Source of the DNA: Eledone cirrhosa
Taxonomy: Eukaryota
Assembly: GCA_964016885.1 (NCBI GenBank)
Contig: OZ024746.1
Coordinates: 98,022,001-98,086,000, forward strand
Direction of reading: 5' to 3'
DNA: 64,000 nucleotides
In this document: piece by piece, positions 1 to 12,779 of the stretch
Numbering within the stretch: position 1 is the first letter of the stretch
Layout: each line of letters begins with the position of its first letter
The notes under the pieces: model-generated
What the model saw: only the letters and a program-made list of their open reading frames with translations
Told to the model about the DNA's origin: nothing
The model's database searches: none
Translations under genes and position numbers: made by a program

Positions 1-105
1 GTGTTACATCCGGGTATCTGTGTGTGTTTTTATTTGTTTATTTATTTGTTTATTTATGTTACTGGTTGGTTGTTTGTTCTATGTGTGTGTGTTTTCATTT
101 TGTCC

Positions 106-600
106 TTAATTGTAAGTTGTGATGTTGCTATTCCATTTATGTTTTCTATTTAATTTTGGTTGGAGTTCATTTATGTTTATTGCCTCTGTGAATTGTCTAA
201 ACATGGCGTCTTTTCTGTGTGTAAATTTTATTTTTATTTCTATGTTCTCTAATTTGCCCTTATGTTCTATTTTAGCATGTTGGTGGAGTACTGATGAATC
301 TTTTCTATCTTGAAGCTCACGCCAGTGTTCATTTAATCGTTCTCCTACACTACGAGCTGTCTCACCTATATACACTATATTCTTATCTTTAAATTGTCCT
401 TCAGTACATCTTATGCTATATACTATGTTTCTAGTTTTACAGTTAATATAGTTTACAGATTAGTTTACAGATTATGCATTTCTTATCTATACAGGGAGGT
501 CTTTGAAAAGGGTGTGTATTATTAATAAGTGTTTTTATGGAGGTACCTGGTCTTTCTACTATCTTAATATTTTGTTTAAGTTTATCTAGGGCCAGTCTGT
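106..600 (-). mobile_element. Penelope-like element 3' fragment: Cys-rich linker and GIY-YIG endonuclease
   Basis: Minus-strand translation gives KIVERPGTSIKTL..PFQRPPCIDKKCIICK..NCKTRNIVYSIRC..VYIGETARSVGERLNEH..LHQH..RQFTEAINI..PKLN, i.e. the PLE GIY-YIG motifs (IVY..YIGET, R..EH, E, N). Confidence 0.85.
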
Positions 601-603
601 ATT

Positions 604-664
604 TATTCTATTATATACATTTCAAGGGTACCAAAACTTTGGTACGCCCTCATCAGATAAAATA
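604..664 (-). ncRNA. Type I hammerhead ribozyme motif (PLE pLTR type)
   Basis: Minus strand: tattttat CTGATGA gggcgtaccaaagttttggtaccctt GAAA tgtata TA atagaata. Stem I, core, stem II hairpin, near-palindromic stem III and UA cleavage site are present. Confidence 0.8.
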
Positions 665-798
665 CAAAGTTTGTTTTATAAATATTGACATAACCAGGAA
701 GAAGATCTTAACGGTTCAAGTTTTTCTTATCGAGTGCTTCGAATCAGTTATAAACATTTATATTTGTTGAATTACCAACAAATTAAATATCCCTTTTG

Positions 799-1073
<275 letters not shown>

Positions 1074-1374
1074 ATTAACCCCAAAGTTGACCTTTGCTTG
1101 ATTTTGAACTCAGAGCGCAGAATCGAATACTTTTGCATATTCGCCGTCTCATAATATTCGAGAGATTATTACAGGTGAGGAATTCAATAGATGTTTTGTA
1201 ATATTCATTCCAATTCTCTGCACAAAGTGTTCATTTGCAGCTGATGTCAACTTAGCTTTTCACTCTTCCCTGATTGATAAAAGTAAGTACCTGTCAAGTA
1301 CTGGGGTCGACTTAATCGCACTTCCCCAAAACGAAATGCTGACCACGTGTCTAAATCAGAAAGCATGATATCAT

Positions 1375-1982
1375 TGGCGGTGGATTGGCAGTATCGGTTG
1401 AAGGTCGGACGCTATGCTTTACAGCATAGAGTTACGGCCCTTTATGATCTGAGTTCAAATCCCGCCGAGGTTAACTTTGCCTTTCATCCTTACGGGGTCG
1501 ATAAAATAAAGTACCAGTAAAGCACTTGGGTTGATTTAAACGACATTCACATCCCCTAAAATTGCTGGCCTTGCGCCTATAGTAGAAATCATTATTTCAA
1601 ATAGAGGCATAGAGTTACAACCCTTTACATTCTGAGTTCAAATCCCGCCAAGGTTAGCTTTGCCTTTCATCCTTACGGGGTCGATAAAATAAAGTACCAG
1701 TAATGCACTGGCGTTGATTTAATCGACTTGACCATTCTCCAAAGCTGTTGACCTTGTGTCTAAACCAGAAACCATTATTTCAAATAATAGGGCGTTGGAT
1801 TGACAGTATCGATAGAGGGTCTGCCGCCATGCTTTGCAGCACAGACTTACGGCCCTTTATGGCTCGAGTTCAAATCCCATCGATGTTAACTTTGCCTTTC
1901 CTTCTTACGGTGTCGATAAAATAAAGCACCAGTAATTCACTGGGGTAACTGCTGGCCTTATGCCAAAAATAGAAACCATTGT
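1375..1982 (+). mobile_element. Three tandem copies of a tRNA-derived SINE (Meta/MESC-like core)
   Basis: A-box-like ggtggattggcagtatcgg, B-box gagttcaaatcc and core gttaactttgcctttcatccttacggggtcgataaaataaagtaccag repeated three times. Confidence 0.85.
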
Positions 1983-2919
1983 TTCAAATAGCACTTAAAA
2001 CATGTCCATATATAATATTTTAACGATGCGTTGATTGTGATGTTATAACATATTTTTGAAGTGGTTCGTCACATCACTATTTCTAATTCTTAATGGAGAA
2101 TGTTGATCAGGCGTCGAGAAATGTGATACATAAAATTGAATAAAGATATGAATAGCTGAAAAGGTTTTATATCAGTCTTCTATATTTTCAGTATCGTAAG
2201 TGTATTTCAACTGATATGCGCATATTACATTAGACATATTCAACAAAATATACAGCTATCTCACAAAAATTTAATTTAAGTTTAAAATGAATATTAGTTA
2301 TATCTCATATCATCCTTATTGTTCGTGTCCTTCTACTTGCTATCTATCAATACATTATGTGTGAAAACGAAATAGCATTTGAATAAATTGTAGTTGATAG
2401 AAAATCTAGTGTTGCCCAAGTGAAAGCTAATATCTCGGAGCTGTTTCGTACGATCAATATGAATGCGCTGTAGCTTGTAGCTTCCCTGCTAAATGTCGAA
2501 ACTATATTTTATCGCTTCGTTTTCCAGAACCTTGTCATGTGTTCAGCATTATATGTATGTTGATTCTGTCTCCGTCCACCATTTGTTTTTAAATTCTTTG
2601 TTTTCTGTTTAATTTATTGCCGATCAATAACGTACATCGCATTGGGTGACTGCCAATAAAACAAAAAAAAATAGACTATAACTTCCACATAAATTTGGTT
2701 AAGTTGATGTATTAGCACAGCTAATGGAAATTTAGTAGAGGTTTGCACCTATGCGTATTTATGTAACCTGATTGCTGTCGTACGTTTTACAGTTCTATAT
2801 GTTTTCTTGATTTGTAGAAACGGAACTCCAAATGCAGCTACAATGTTTTAATGAGAGGTCCGGTGGACACGACTGTTTCGGTCAGTTTGAATATTCTGAG
2901 AAATGTTCTAAACATAGAC

Positions 2920-3180
2920 GCCAGGCATAGCTGTCTGGTTAAAGAGCTGGTTTCGCAAACATGTAGTTTTGGGGAGGTGTCTTCTACTATAAGTTTGGTT
3001 TCAGAAATGACTTGACAGTGAAGTTTGGTAGATTAAAACTGTGTCGTGGAATCCCATTAGCAGCACAATAGATTAAGTACCAGTCTTGAAAACGTACTAG
3101 GTTCGATATTATTGACTAAATTCCTTCAAAACGATGCCGTAGAATGGCCACAGTTTATTAATGAAACAAGTAAAAGAGTA
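2920..3180 (+). mobile_element. Diverged tRNA-headed SINE, second family
   Basis: Head gcatagctgtctggttaaagagc; the tail resembles 37550-37630. Confidence 0.5.
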
Positions 3181-3206
3181 ACTGAAAAACAATCAAACAA
3201 CAAAGG

Positions 3207-3540
3207 ACTTTGTTCTCAAAGTGGGCGCTACCGCACACCCAGGGGGCGTTGAGAAGGTCCAGGGACGCACTGCGGCCTCAGGGGATGGTAGAGATGATAT
3301 AGTATATTAAATATCAAATAATGCATATTATATATAAATATAGTAAAATAAAAAATATATAATATTTATTTATACATAGTATATATTATATTATTTATTA
3401 TAAATAAATTGATGATTCTATTTATTATATATTATTTACAATTTGTGTGTAGGTAGATCTCTCTGGAAATAGGGTTGGGACGTTGAGGGTATTACGTGGC
3501 CATGCTGGGGACAGTGGCCCAAAAAGTTTGAGAACCACTC
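3207..3540. mobile_element. hAT-like MITE
   Basis: Terminal inverted motifs gttctcaaa ... tttgagaaccact (cagtggttctcaa-type ends) around an AT-rich interior. Confidence 0.6.
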
Positions 3541-3746
3541 TTCTGAAGAAATAATTTTGAAATAATATTGCCGTTGTCTGAGCTTAGATTCACTGATAAA
3601 GTTGCAAATATTATTTTGGAATATATTAAACTATAGAGGTGTTGATAGCATCTGATAGGAATTAGAAACCCTAACACAGCGTCATCATATACAGATGTGT
3701 ATATAAGAGCATATACAATATATGTATGTATAATAAATATACATAT

Positions 3747-3849
3747 GTCTCCCTGTTGGTATTTTAAGCTGTGATCATGTCACAGCTGTCTCAGTAACAA
3801 TGCGAGATGGGTGTGAAATTATCACAGCTAAAACTACCCACAACGAGAC
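3747..3849. repeat. ~100-bp imperfect foldback / mini-MITE
   Basis: tctccctgttggtattttaagctgtgat ... atcacagctaaaactacccacaacgaga are imperfect inverted arms. Confidence 0.5.
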
Positions 3850-4051
3850 GTGCTTCCATATGTGTCTCCAACCTCTGATAGTGGACAAATTAAACTTCCA
3901 TTAACGGAAGATGTCAGGAAAGACATACAAGAAAAAAACAATAACGACGAGAAACAGATCAAAATTCTTGCACCACGCGTTCAAAGAAACAAGGCATTGG
4001 AATTTTACTAAACTGTTTGTACAGTGTAGAATAAAGAATAAATTAAGTTAG

Positions 4052-4550
4052 CACGCGTAGCTTAGTGGTTCCAGTCTTCGGTTCAACGATCGTAAGGTTT
4101 GATTCCCGGTGGCATTTTGTGCCTTTGAGCTGACACTTTATTTAACGTTGCTCCTGTACAATCACTTATTAGTTGAATCTGTAGTTCAATTAGTTGAGCC
4201 TGCGTTCAATTAGTTGAAGCTGCTGTTCAATTAGTTGAACTTGTTGTTCAATTAATTGAATATGTAGTTCAATTAGTTGAACCTGTTGTTCAATTAGTTG
4301 AACCTGTAGTTCAATTAGTTGAACCTGTAGTTCAATTAGTTAAACCTGTATTCGATGAATTTGTAGTTCAAAGAACCTGCCTTATAACATTGTTTCACGC
4401 TAAACCTCCCTGACAACGTAATTGAGAGTGTACGTGACTATAGAATTCACAGCCGCTTGTACATTTATTTCATGAGTAGGTTTTTCTGTTTGAATAAATG
4501 GAGCACTCGTCGACGAAACCGACGGATGTCCAGTGTATACCACTCAAGCC
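4052..4550 (+). mobile_element. tRNA-headed SINE (Nin/Deu-like) containing a 21-bp minisatellite
   Basis: Head gcgtagcttagtggtt...ggtttgattcccgg and body ttgagctgacactttattt; similar to 21940-22105 and 63710-63830. Confidence 0.6.
4166..4372. repeat. 21-bp minisatellite (aattagttgaacctgtagttc) x ~9
   Basis: Direct tandem units; each junction contains the dyad gttcaa-ttag-ttgaac. Confidence 0.9.
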
Positions 4551-4645
4551 TTACAAGAAAAAATGATTTTGCTTGTATAATTGAAACATTTGCTGAAAAG
4601 ATCATTGTATTAGCTGAATAAGCTTTATCCTTCCTTAGTATAACG

Positions 4646-5099
4646 CAGCAGTCACCAACCTTTCCGACCTCACGGACCACTAAATTCATAGTTTTAAATC
4701 CTGCATACCACTAATATGAATTCTTTTTAAAAAGGTAAATACATTTGTAAAATAATGATCAGAAAACTACCATTTTATTAAACAATACTAAAGCGTACGT
4801 GTATCATATTAACAATAGATGATACATATGTGTAAAATAATGATCAGAAAACTTCCATTTTATTAAACAATACTAAAGAGTACGTGTGTCATATTGTCGA
4901 TAGATGATACATATGTGTAAAATTCATGGATGTTAGTTCTTTACTGAGGAGAAACATTTTTTAAGGGTGTTATAAAATATATTTTAACCAAATATTATTT
5001 TTGTTTTATTATTAATAAAAAATAAAAATTGCAAATAATGTCCAAATTTTTCCGTGGACTACCAAACTTTTCTCTCGGACCACCGGTTAGCAACTGCTG
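4646..5099. mobile_element. hAT MITE with 8-bp TSD
   Basis: TIRs cagcagtcaccaacc / ggttagcaactgctg; flanks gtataacg (4638-4645) and gtataaag (5100-5107) match 7/8; internal ~84-bp tandem duplication at 4747-4920. Confidence 0.85.
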
Positions 5100-5769
5100 G
5101 TATAAAGTATATTATCATCTTGTGTTTTTACTACACAAAGAATATAACATTTGTGAAAGTTTACCAAGTCACGTTCAATAGGATGTGATAATTATGGTCA
5201 GTTATGTATTCATAATGATGCATCAAAACCTGAGTTCAAATCCTGCCGTGGAACTTTGCCTTTTGTTATACCATTATGGCTTGCTCGTGTTGGTACCGTT
5301 GACTACTGCATACATACATACATTCATGATGGCTGCAAACTCTGCTAAGAGTATTGCAATCACTTGTCAGATTACAGAAAATGGTGCACTTTTAGGCTAC
5401 GGCCAGCCACACGAACATGTAACAGATCCTGAACAAGCAATGCCTGTGCTTTGAAGGTTTTTTAAGTGGGGAAACACTACCAGAAAAGGAGAACTGGTCA
5501 ACATCATCGGATGCGTCCGCAGCAGCAGGTTTCTTTTTCAGAGTTTCCCTCTCTTAGAAAGATGTTGTGATAACAACTGGGGGGCCTTTCACTCTCAGGT
5601 GAAAAATAAAAAACCTACTATTTGGATGGTCGTTGATTCTACTGAGTCCCTCCGCCCATCGCCCTTCGCCGGGTCTTGTATTTCATCCCGCAGGATGTCC
5701 AAAATCACCCTCCTCACGAAGCAAGCTTGGTGGGGTGCCGGTTTAGTCACCGACGACCCGACCATGACA

Positions 5770-6430
5770 TACATACATACAGAAACCATTAAAGGCACAC
5801 AAGAACTGCCCAGATGGTTATCAACTGCCACTACTCTCCTCATTCCCCAAAATAACCAAACCACCCTTGCTAAAAATTACCGCCCAATAGCCTGCAAAAC
5901 ATCATATATAAATTATATACTGGGTGCCTTAACCTGTTCTTACAGGATCACTGTGCTACCAACAACATCATAACACCTGAGCAAGCTGGTGGAAAGAGGG
6001 AGGTGTGGGGTTGCTTAGATCACCTACTAACTAATAAAATGATTCAAGAAAAAACAACAAAGAATCGCAGAAACATGACTGTGGTGTGGCAGGACTATCA
6101 AAAAGCATTTGATAGTGTACCTCATGGGTGGATTGTTAAGGCCAAAGTCCCACAGCCACTGGTAGCTGCTGTTGAACGTCTGACCAAGAACTGGTACACC
6201 AATTTGATCCTTAGAGGTGAGAAGGAGCAAGTTAAGACTGATAAGATACATTACCAGAAGGGCATCTTTCAGGGTGATAACTTGTCAGTGCTACTCTTCG
6301 TTCTCTCACTAAATCCACTATCTTACCTACTCAGGAAACAAGGTGGACAAAGAAGTGGATCCAGAAGTATCTCCCATCTTTTCTTTGTTGATGACCTGAA
6401 GTTGTATGGGCCAAATATCAATGACATCAT
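5770..6430 (+). pseudogene. R4/Dong-like non-LTR reverse transcriptase fragment
   Basis: LIPQ..NYRPIAC..EQAG..GCLDHLL..WQDYQKAFDSVPHGWI..GIFQGDNLSVLLFVLSLNPLS..SHLFFVDDLKLY; frameshifted; begins after (CATA)n. Confidence 0.85.
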
Positions 6431-6640
6431 CAGGCGTATCACTGCCAACGCTAAGGTACTGAGTACCTTGATCAGAGAATTTCTGTATGCAGATGATTAT
6501 GATCTCTTTACACACTCCCAGATTGACATGCAACACCTTATGGATCCTTTTCCAATGTGTGCAGTGCTTTGGGACAGACAATCAGTTTGAAGAAGACTGT
6601 CATCATATACCAACCTGCTCCGGATGTATGTATGGACAGG
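6430..6640 (+). pseudogene. RTE-clade RT fragment fused to the preceding R4-like fragment
   Basis: RRITANAKVLSTLIREFLYADD..HSQIDMQHLMD..ISLKKTVIIYQPAP is typical of the RTE RT domain 5-7 region. Confidence 0.7.
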
Positions 6641-7419
6641 TCATTCTTTGGCGCAACTGGTAACATGGTCTGGTCATCAGTGACCAAACCGGCAACCCCA
6701 CCAAGCTTGCTTGGTGAGTAGGGTGATTTTGGACACACTGTGGGATGAAAAACAAAACCCGTTGACAATCCTTAAAGGCCAGGAAGAACACCAAGGCGGC
6801 AAAAAAACTTGGTGCATATATATACATACATAGATATATACATACATGTATGTACGTCTCTCTTTCTCTTAATTTCGAGTACATTTTTGACCGGCCACCT
6901 TCCTGGTGGCAAGGTTGTAAAAGGTTGTAAAAGAAAAGAAATAGTGTGATTTGGTCGAAGGAGACTTATGCGTTTTGCCATGATGAGTTCGTCTATTCAC
7001 AAATATTTAGTATTTATCTTTCAAAATACACGATTATCTTAAAAAGTTTCGACAAAGTTTTGTCATAATTAAATTTAAAGTTGTTCACAGCTTGAGTAAT
7101 ATTTCCTTTCAGCTAGTTTTTAATTCTACAACTGTATTTTAAACGTTTATATATATATTTTTTTTTGGTGAATCGTTTTGTAACGTTACTTAGTATATAT
7201 ATTGCTTTATGAATGCAATATAACAACGCTATATTTATATGTTAAAATCTATGTAACGTTTATCTGTTAAAATCTATGTATCGTTCACATAAATAGATGT
7301 GTTGCAATATATTTACAGTTGAAACACTTATGTAGAAATATTGTATGTAATCTTACCGCAATATGTAGATCAACTTTTCCAATATATGGTATGTTGTCTT
7401 CATATAAGCCGTAATTACA

Positions 7420-7822
7420 TACATCCAATCATCGGAACCATCCGATGATGTGGACCAGTTCTCCTTTTCGGGTAGTGTTTTCAATGCTCAGAGAGTGGGA
7501 TTGATCGAGTGCGAGGCCTTTCCCCACTTAAAAAACCTTCAAAGCTCAGGCATTGCTTATTCAGGTTCTATTAGAAGTTCGTGTGGCTGGCCATATCCCA
7601 AAAGTGCACCATTTTCTGTAATCTGACAAGCAGAGTTTGCAGCCATAATGTATGTTTGTGCTACTGTCGCTCAGAGAGTGGGATTGGCTCAGTGCACAGT
7701 CTTTCCGCACTTTAAAAAAATTTTCAAGCACAGGCATTGCACGATAGCATTAATTGATAATTATTAATAATGTTATATCGTGCAATGGCCATACTTGATC
7801 ACGAGGGGGCAGCCATCATGTA
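7420..7822 (-). mobile_element. Non-coding repeat family associated with (CATA)n (other copies at 5315-5590, 16262-16620, 17940-18295, 34838-34885)
   Basis: Shared blocks cccctcgt..gagtatggccattgcacgat, gcaatgcctgtgc and gccaatcccactctctgagc recur, always next to (CATA)n/(TATG)n. Confidence 0.7.
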
Positions 7823-7935
7823 TGTATGTATGTATGTATGTATGTATGTATGTATGTATGTATGTATGTGTGTGTGTCTATCTATCTATCTATCTATCTA
7901 TCTATCCATCTATCTATCTATCGATCTATCTATCG

Positions 7936-7996
<61 letters not shown>
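7818..7996. repeat. (TATG)n-(TCTA)n microsatellite
   Basis: Seen directly in the sequence. Confidence 0.95.
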
Positions 7997-7997
<1 letters not shown>

Positions 7998-8436
7998 ATT
8001 TATGCATGTAATAGCCAGATGTAAGAAAAAGTAGGAACCAGCCAATGAAAACGGTGTCATTTAACAATGTAACTTTTTTATATTTAACTTAATTGTTCTA
8101 TGTTGATTCTGTTTAAAGAGCCAACGTTTGGCACTGATTTATGGCGACATTAAATCTGACATTAAATCTGACATTAATCAAATTGAATGTCATTTTATTC
8201 AGTTTAAAATGAAAGAAAATGAGCAGAACAAGTTATATAAGGAATATAATTTAGAAAAGATTAATAATTTGTAGAAATAGAATGACCGGATAGAAGAATA
8301 AAGAACAATATTAAGTAGGGAGAAGACACGAACACTCAGTTACACGTGTTGGAGTTTCCTCTGATAATTATGACACTCATACAATTTCTGATAATGGAGA
8401 ATACGAGCCTTTGACAACAATTGGTATGAAATTGAC

Positions 8437-9000
8437 GTTCTTCTTCTTCTTCTTCTTCTTCTTCTTCTTCTTCTTCTTCTTCTTCTTCTTCTTCTTCTTC
8501 TTCTTCTTCTTCTTCTTCTCTGAGAACGTCATGGGGGCAGAGTCCTCAACCACTCCCTCCAGCAGGTCCTGTCAGATGTAACCGTCTCCAACTGATCCAG
8601 CTGGATCCCCAAGCGAGAACCAGCAAAGCTCATGGATGTTATCCAACCATCTTTCTCGGGGTCTACCCCTGGGTCTCCTACCTGTTGGTTTAGCCCGTAA
8701 AATCTCTCAAGCGATTCTTTCCTGAGACATGCCAATAGTAGCGGAGCTGAGAACTCTGAATTCGGAGTAGTGGCTCTACCTGAAGAGATTCTCTGATATC
8801 CGTGCTACGCTCTCTATCGGGTAACGTTACTCGTAAGGCCCTTCAGAGAACCCCATTTCGGCCGCTTGTATACGTATTCTTTCGCTCATTACTCACGGTT
8901 CACAACCATAGGTAAAGGTTGGCAAGAATATCGAATTGAAGATAGCGAGTTTGGCTTTTACAGATACCTCCCTTCTTCTGATTACTGAATGCTGAATGTG
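8437..9000 (-). mobile_element. RTE LINE 3' fragment with (AAG)n tail
   Basis: Degenerate SIFLPTFTYGCEPW..RIQAAEM..DIRESLQVEP..SQLRY..RPRGRPR..W motifs followed by (AGA)n; the same family occurs at 9410-9960, 24475-25010 and 46215-46670. Confidence 0.8.
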
Positions 9001-9009
9001 GAGCATTAT

Positions 9010-9203
9010 TGTGGTTAATTGGCAGCATCGGTAGAGCGTCATACATCATGCTTTATAGCATAGAGTTATGGCCCTTTATGTTCTGCGTTCAAATCCCACC
9101 GTGGTTAACTTTGCCTTTCATCCTTACGGGGTCGATAAAATAAAGTACCAGTAATGTACTGGGAAAATTGCTGGCCTTGTGCCAAAAGTAGAAACAATTA
9201 TTG
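9010..9203 (+). mobile_element. Meta/MESC-core tRNA SINE
   Basis: Same head, core and tail as 1375-1596. Confidence 0.85.
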
Positions 9204-9409
9204 CACCATCTCCTGCAATTCTTAAGCCTCCTTCCATCGTTAACACGGCCACCTATGAAATTGACGAACTAATTCTAATATTATTAGCGCTTATGTTGTT
9301 GGGTAATTTTAATAAATAATAGATTGTGCAGAAAACAACTGAAGTTCAGAATAAATGTATATATACATTTGCTGCTGTGCGCTACTCGGTAGGAATAAAA
9401 ATAAGAGCA

Positions 9410-9960
9410 CTCTTCATGTGAATGGAGTTCTACTGAAGGAGGTAGAGAAGTTCAAGTATCACAGCGTCATTTTAACGAGTGATGGAAGTGAAGAGGTTGA
9501 ATTAAATCCAAGAACTGCAGCAGCGGGTAGAGTAATGCGCCAGCTTCAGGAGGGAGATAGATGAACATGCCAAATTAAATATTTTCAATTCAGAGTCCAT
9601 CCTTAACGTTACATACGAACATGGACCTTGGGAAATGACCGAAGGAATACGAACGCGAATAGAATAGGTCGAATAGAATAGGTAGCTTGGAGATAAGAGA
9701 GTCACTCTAAGTAGAGCCAGTACTTCTACAACTCGAGAGATGACATCTCCGATAATACAGACATAGCCAACCAGCGTAGCCAACCGGCGTAGCCAACCGG
9801 CGTAGCCAACCGGCGTAGCCAATCGGCGTAGCCAACCGGCGTAGCCAACCGGCGTAGCCAACCGGCGTAGCCAATCGACAGGAGAACTGGAAGTAGACCA
9901 CGACCAAGATGGTGTATAACATTGATAAACTTGGTTGGTCTCGCTTCCAGATCCAGCCGG
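9410..9960 (+). mobile_element. RTE LINE fragment containing a 13-bp minisatellite
   Basis: LHVNGVLLKEVEKFKY..LTSDGSEEVEL..R...AGRVMRQL; (tagccaaccggcg) x ~8 at 9765-9875. Confidence 0.7.
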
Positions 9961-10049
9961 ATCAAATGGAAAGAGTTGCTTCTCACACACACGGTACTCT
10001 CGAAGCTGTGTCTCTGTCGGATCCCACTACACCCCGACGAATATATAGA

Positions 10050-10095
<46 letters not shown>

Positions 10096-10140
10096 TGCCC
10101 TAGCATGGCCCTCAGCCGGATAGCTGGAACAGGTAAAAGA

Positions 10141-10198
<58 letters not shown>

Positions 10199-10352
10199 GT
10201 GCATATATATATGTGTGCATGTATGTATATATATATACATACTACTGTACATCTGTATACATATATGTATGTACGTATACATACATATATACTTACATTT
10301 AAGTAAGTGCCGTACTAAGAGTGAGAAATGAAATTTCGTTTCATTCTATTCC

Positions 10353-10396
<44 letters not shown>

Positions 10397-10606
10397 CGTT
10401 TCTGAATTTGTTTAGCAAGATTCTTTATCTGAAATCGTGTGTTGAAACCTATATTGTTATACTTTGGGAGGGTCATGTTGCCAATAAGAAACACACGCAC
10501 CAGTTGCTTTCACTTCAGTTTATTATATATTTATAAATTTATAAATTTACAAATTTACAAACTTATAAATTTCTGGTTGGTTGGTTGGTTCCACAACCAG
10601 ATAGTT

Positions 10607-10696
<90 letters not shown>

Positions 10697-10698
<2 letters not shown>

Positions 10699-11151
10699 AA
10701 GGCGGGTAAAATTACCGAGATCCATGGACGAGTTCTCTCCAGCGGTCTCTGTCCCTCATTATCGCTGCCATGTCCTGCGTCTCCAACAGACCAGTGTCTG
10801 TCCTTAGAGCATCAACATACGTTAACCTTGGTCTTCTTCTTCTAGTGTGTCCATGTAGAGACCTGAAAGTCCGCCTCTTCATTGCTGTAGTGGAGTCTGT
10901 GCTGCTGTATGGGTCTGAGACTTGGACACTGACCAAGAAACTCACTCAGATGGTGGATGGGTACTACACGAGGATGCTGAGGATGGCTCTGAACATTAAT
11001 CAGTATACACTGAGGATAAAAAACTCAGAGCTGTATGGGAGCATCCCAAAAGTCAGCTCAAAAGTGACACAGAGGAGACTGAGGTTAGCTGGACATGCTC
11101 ACCGACATCCAGAGTTGACATTGCACTCAGTGCTCCTTTGGGAGCCCCTAC

Positions 11152-11153
<2 letters not shown>
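10697..11153 (-). mobile_element. 5'-inverted RTE LINE insertion within (TA)n
   Basis: The plus segment ~10857-11153 encodes ..VESVLLYGSETWTL..RLRLAGH..LLWEPL, and the minus segment ~10856-10697 continues HGHTRRRRPRLTYVD..RDRWREL. Confidence 0.8.
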
Positions 11154-11229
<76 letters not shown>

Positions 11230-11231
<2 letters not shown>

Positions 11232-11403
11232 CTAAGAGGGTGTTGTAATATATTAGGTTGACCATAACGCACGAGAGTACTCAATACTTAGGGTAGTAGA
11301 GTGGGTAATAGGAAAAGACTCAGGACCCCGACGGCTAAGTTCCGGCTGTTTCGACTAGTTGTCGAAGCGGACGGAGCTGAACCGTCGGGGTCCTGACTAT
11401 TTT

Positions 11404-11410
<7 letters not shown>
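11230..11410. mobile_element. Short foldback module between (TA)n tracts carrying the 3' half of an HHR
   Basis: aggaccccgacgg ... ccgtcggggtcct inverted arms; the related copy at 23745-23805 reads GAAA cggc..gccg TC ggggtcc. Confidence 0.5.
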
Positions 11411-11451
<41 letters not shown>

Positions 11452-11460
<9 letters not shown>

Positions 11461-12245
11461 CGTAAAATAAGAAAAGTCCTTAAAAATTTTTTTTTTTTAA
11501 ATTAACTTACTTACTTAAATTTTCACTCCAACTAATTAGTTTCTGCAATGGGATAAAGACAGTTACGTAATGAACTGTTGAGAATTTCATTGCGTCATCA
11601 GGGAGGTCATTCTCAGCCGAGTCTCTAGGCAATGCGCGGACACTGGGGACTCATATAAAAATAATAATAATTCGGTAACTGGAACAGCTATCGAGGACTG
11701 GATTCCAGCTACTGAAAATTCTCACTGCCACTGATCATATGGCCGATTCTAAAGAATCAATCACGTGACACAGAGGCTAGTCAGTAGGAATGGGATGGTA
11801 AGATGACAGACGCCTACTAACACACCCAAAAAAAATTTAGAAGTGGTTTTGGCAGGTTTGCTCGACAAATCAGTGATTTGGAGATAAATATAGATAATTT
11901 AATATATCTACTAACATAAGCGCACAGATGTACGCTAATGCCAGCAAATACACAGGTTATGTCATAGTACCTAGGTGGTTCAATGCAGGAGGAAGCAGAA
12001 CAATAATATAAAAGACGTAAAATAAGAAAATTCCTTAAAAAAAAAAAAAAAAAAAAATTAACTTACTTACTTAAATTTTCACTCCAACTAATTAGTTTCT
12101 GCAATGGGATAAAGACAGTTACGTAATGAACTGTTGAGAATTTCATTGCGTCATAGTACCACCTAGGTACTATGACATAACCTGTGTATTTGCTGGCATT
12201 AGCGTACATCTGTGCGCTTATGTTAGTAGATATATTAAATTATCT
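11452..12245 (-). mobile_element. Non-autonomous PLE-type module with direct and inverted partial repeats
   Basis: 11452-11597 is repeated directly at ~12008-12153; 11895-11975 is inverted at ~12150-12245; flanked by (TA)n. Confidence 0.75.
11526..11605 (-). ncRNA. Type I hammerhead ribozyme motif with extended stem II loop
   Basis: ctcc CTGATGA cgcaatg..(loop)..cattgca GAAA ctaattag TT ggag; stem III is the palindrome CTAATTAG. Confidence 0.75.
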
Positions 12246-12305
12246 ATATATATATATATATACAGTATATATATATATATATACAGTATATATATATACA
12301 ATATA

Positions 12306-12339
<34 letters not shown>

Positions 12340-12779
12340 GCCTGATATGATTTCCAGATATAAGGTACGACTCTCTTTATTATTATTATTTTTATATGAA
12401 ATACTGATTGATCTTCCTTGTATCCCATGTCTGATTTAGCCTCAGAGAATGGCTGTGTGTGTATAAGGGGGATCCATACATGTATTTATTATGTGTTAAT
12501 ATCTCTATGTGTGCATTGGTTGTGTATACATATAATTATTCTTTTAATATCCAATTGAGTTCTTATACACGTGGTTAATACCTAACAGGTTTAAATGACC
12601 AGCGTGTATATTGTTTTATTGTAAGATGACCTCCCTTTACCCTTTTGGGGACAGCGTGTAATTTTATCTTTGGGAGGACTGCTGGATTTTCTAATCTACC
12701 AGTCTCTTCTTAGCGCTGAGGGAGACCATCACCATTCTATTAATGTCGATATAATTCTTATATCGATATTATTTGGGCA

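Noticed and set aside
3536-3575. CTGAAGA..GAAA hammerhead-like match
   Set aside because: No stem I pairing; likely chance in AT-rich DNA.
9765-9875. 13-bp repeat array resembling CRISPR or iterons
   Set aside because: Contiguous tandem units with no spacers, inside an RTE fragment in a eukaryotic context.
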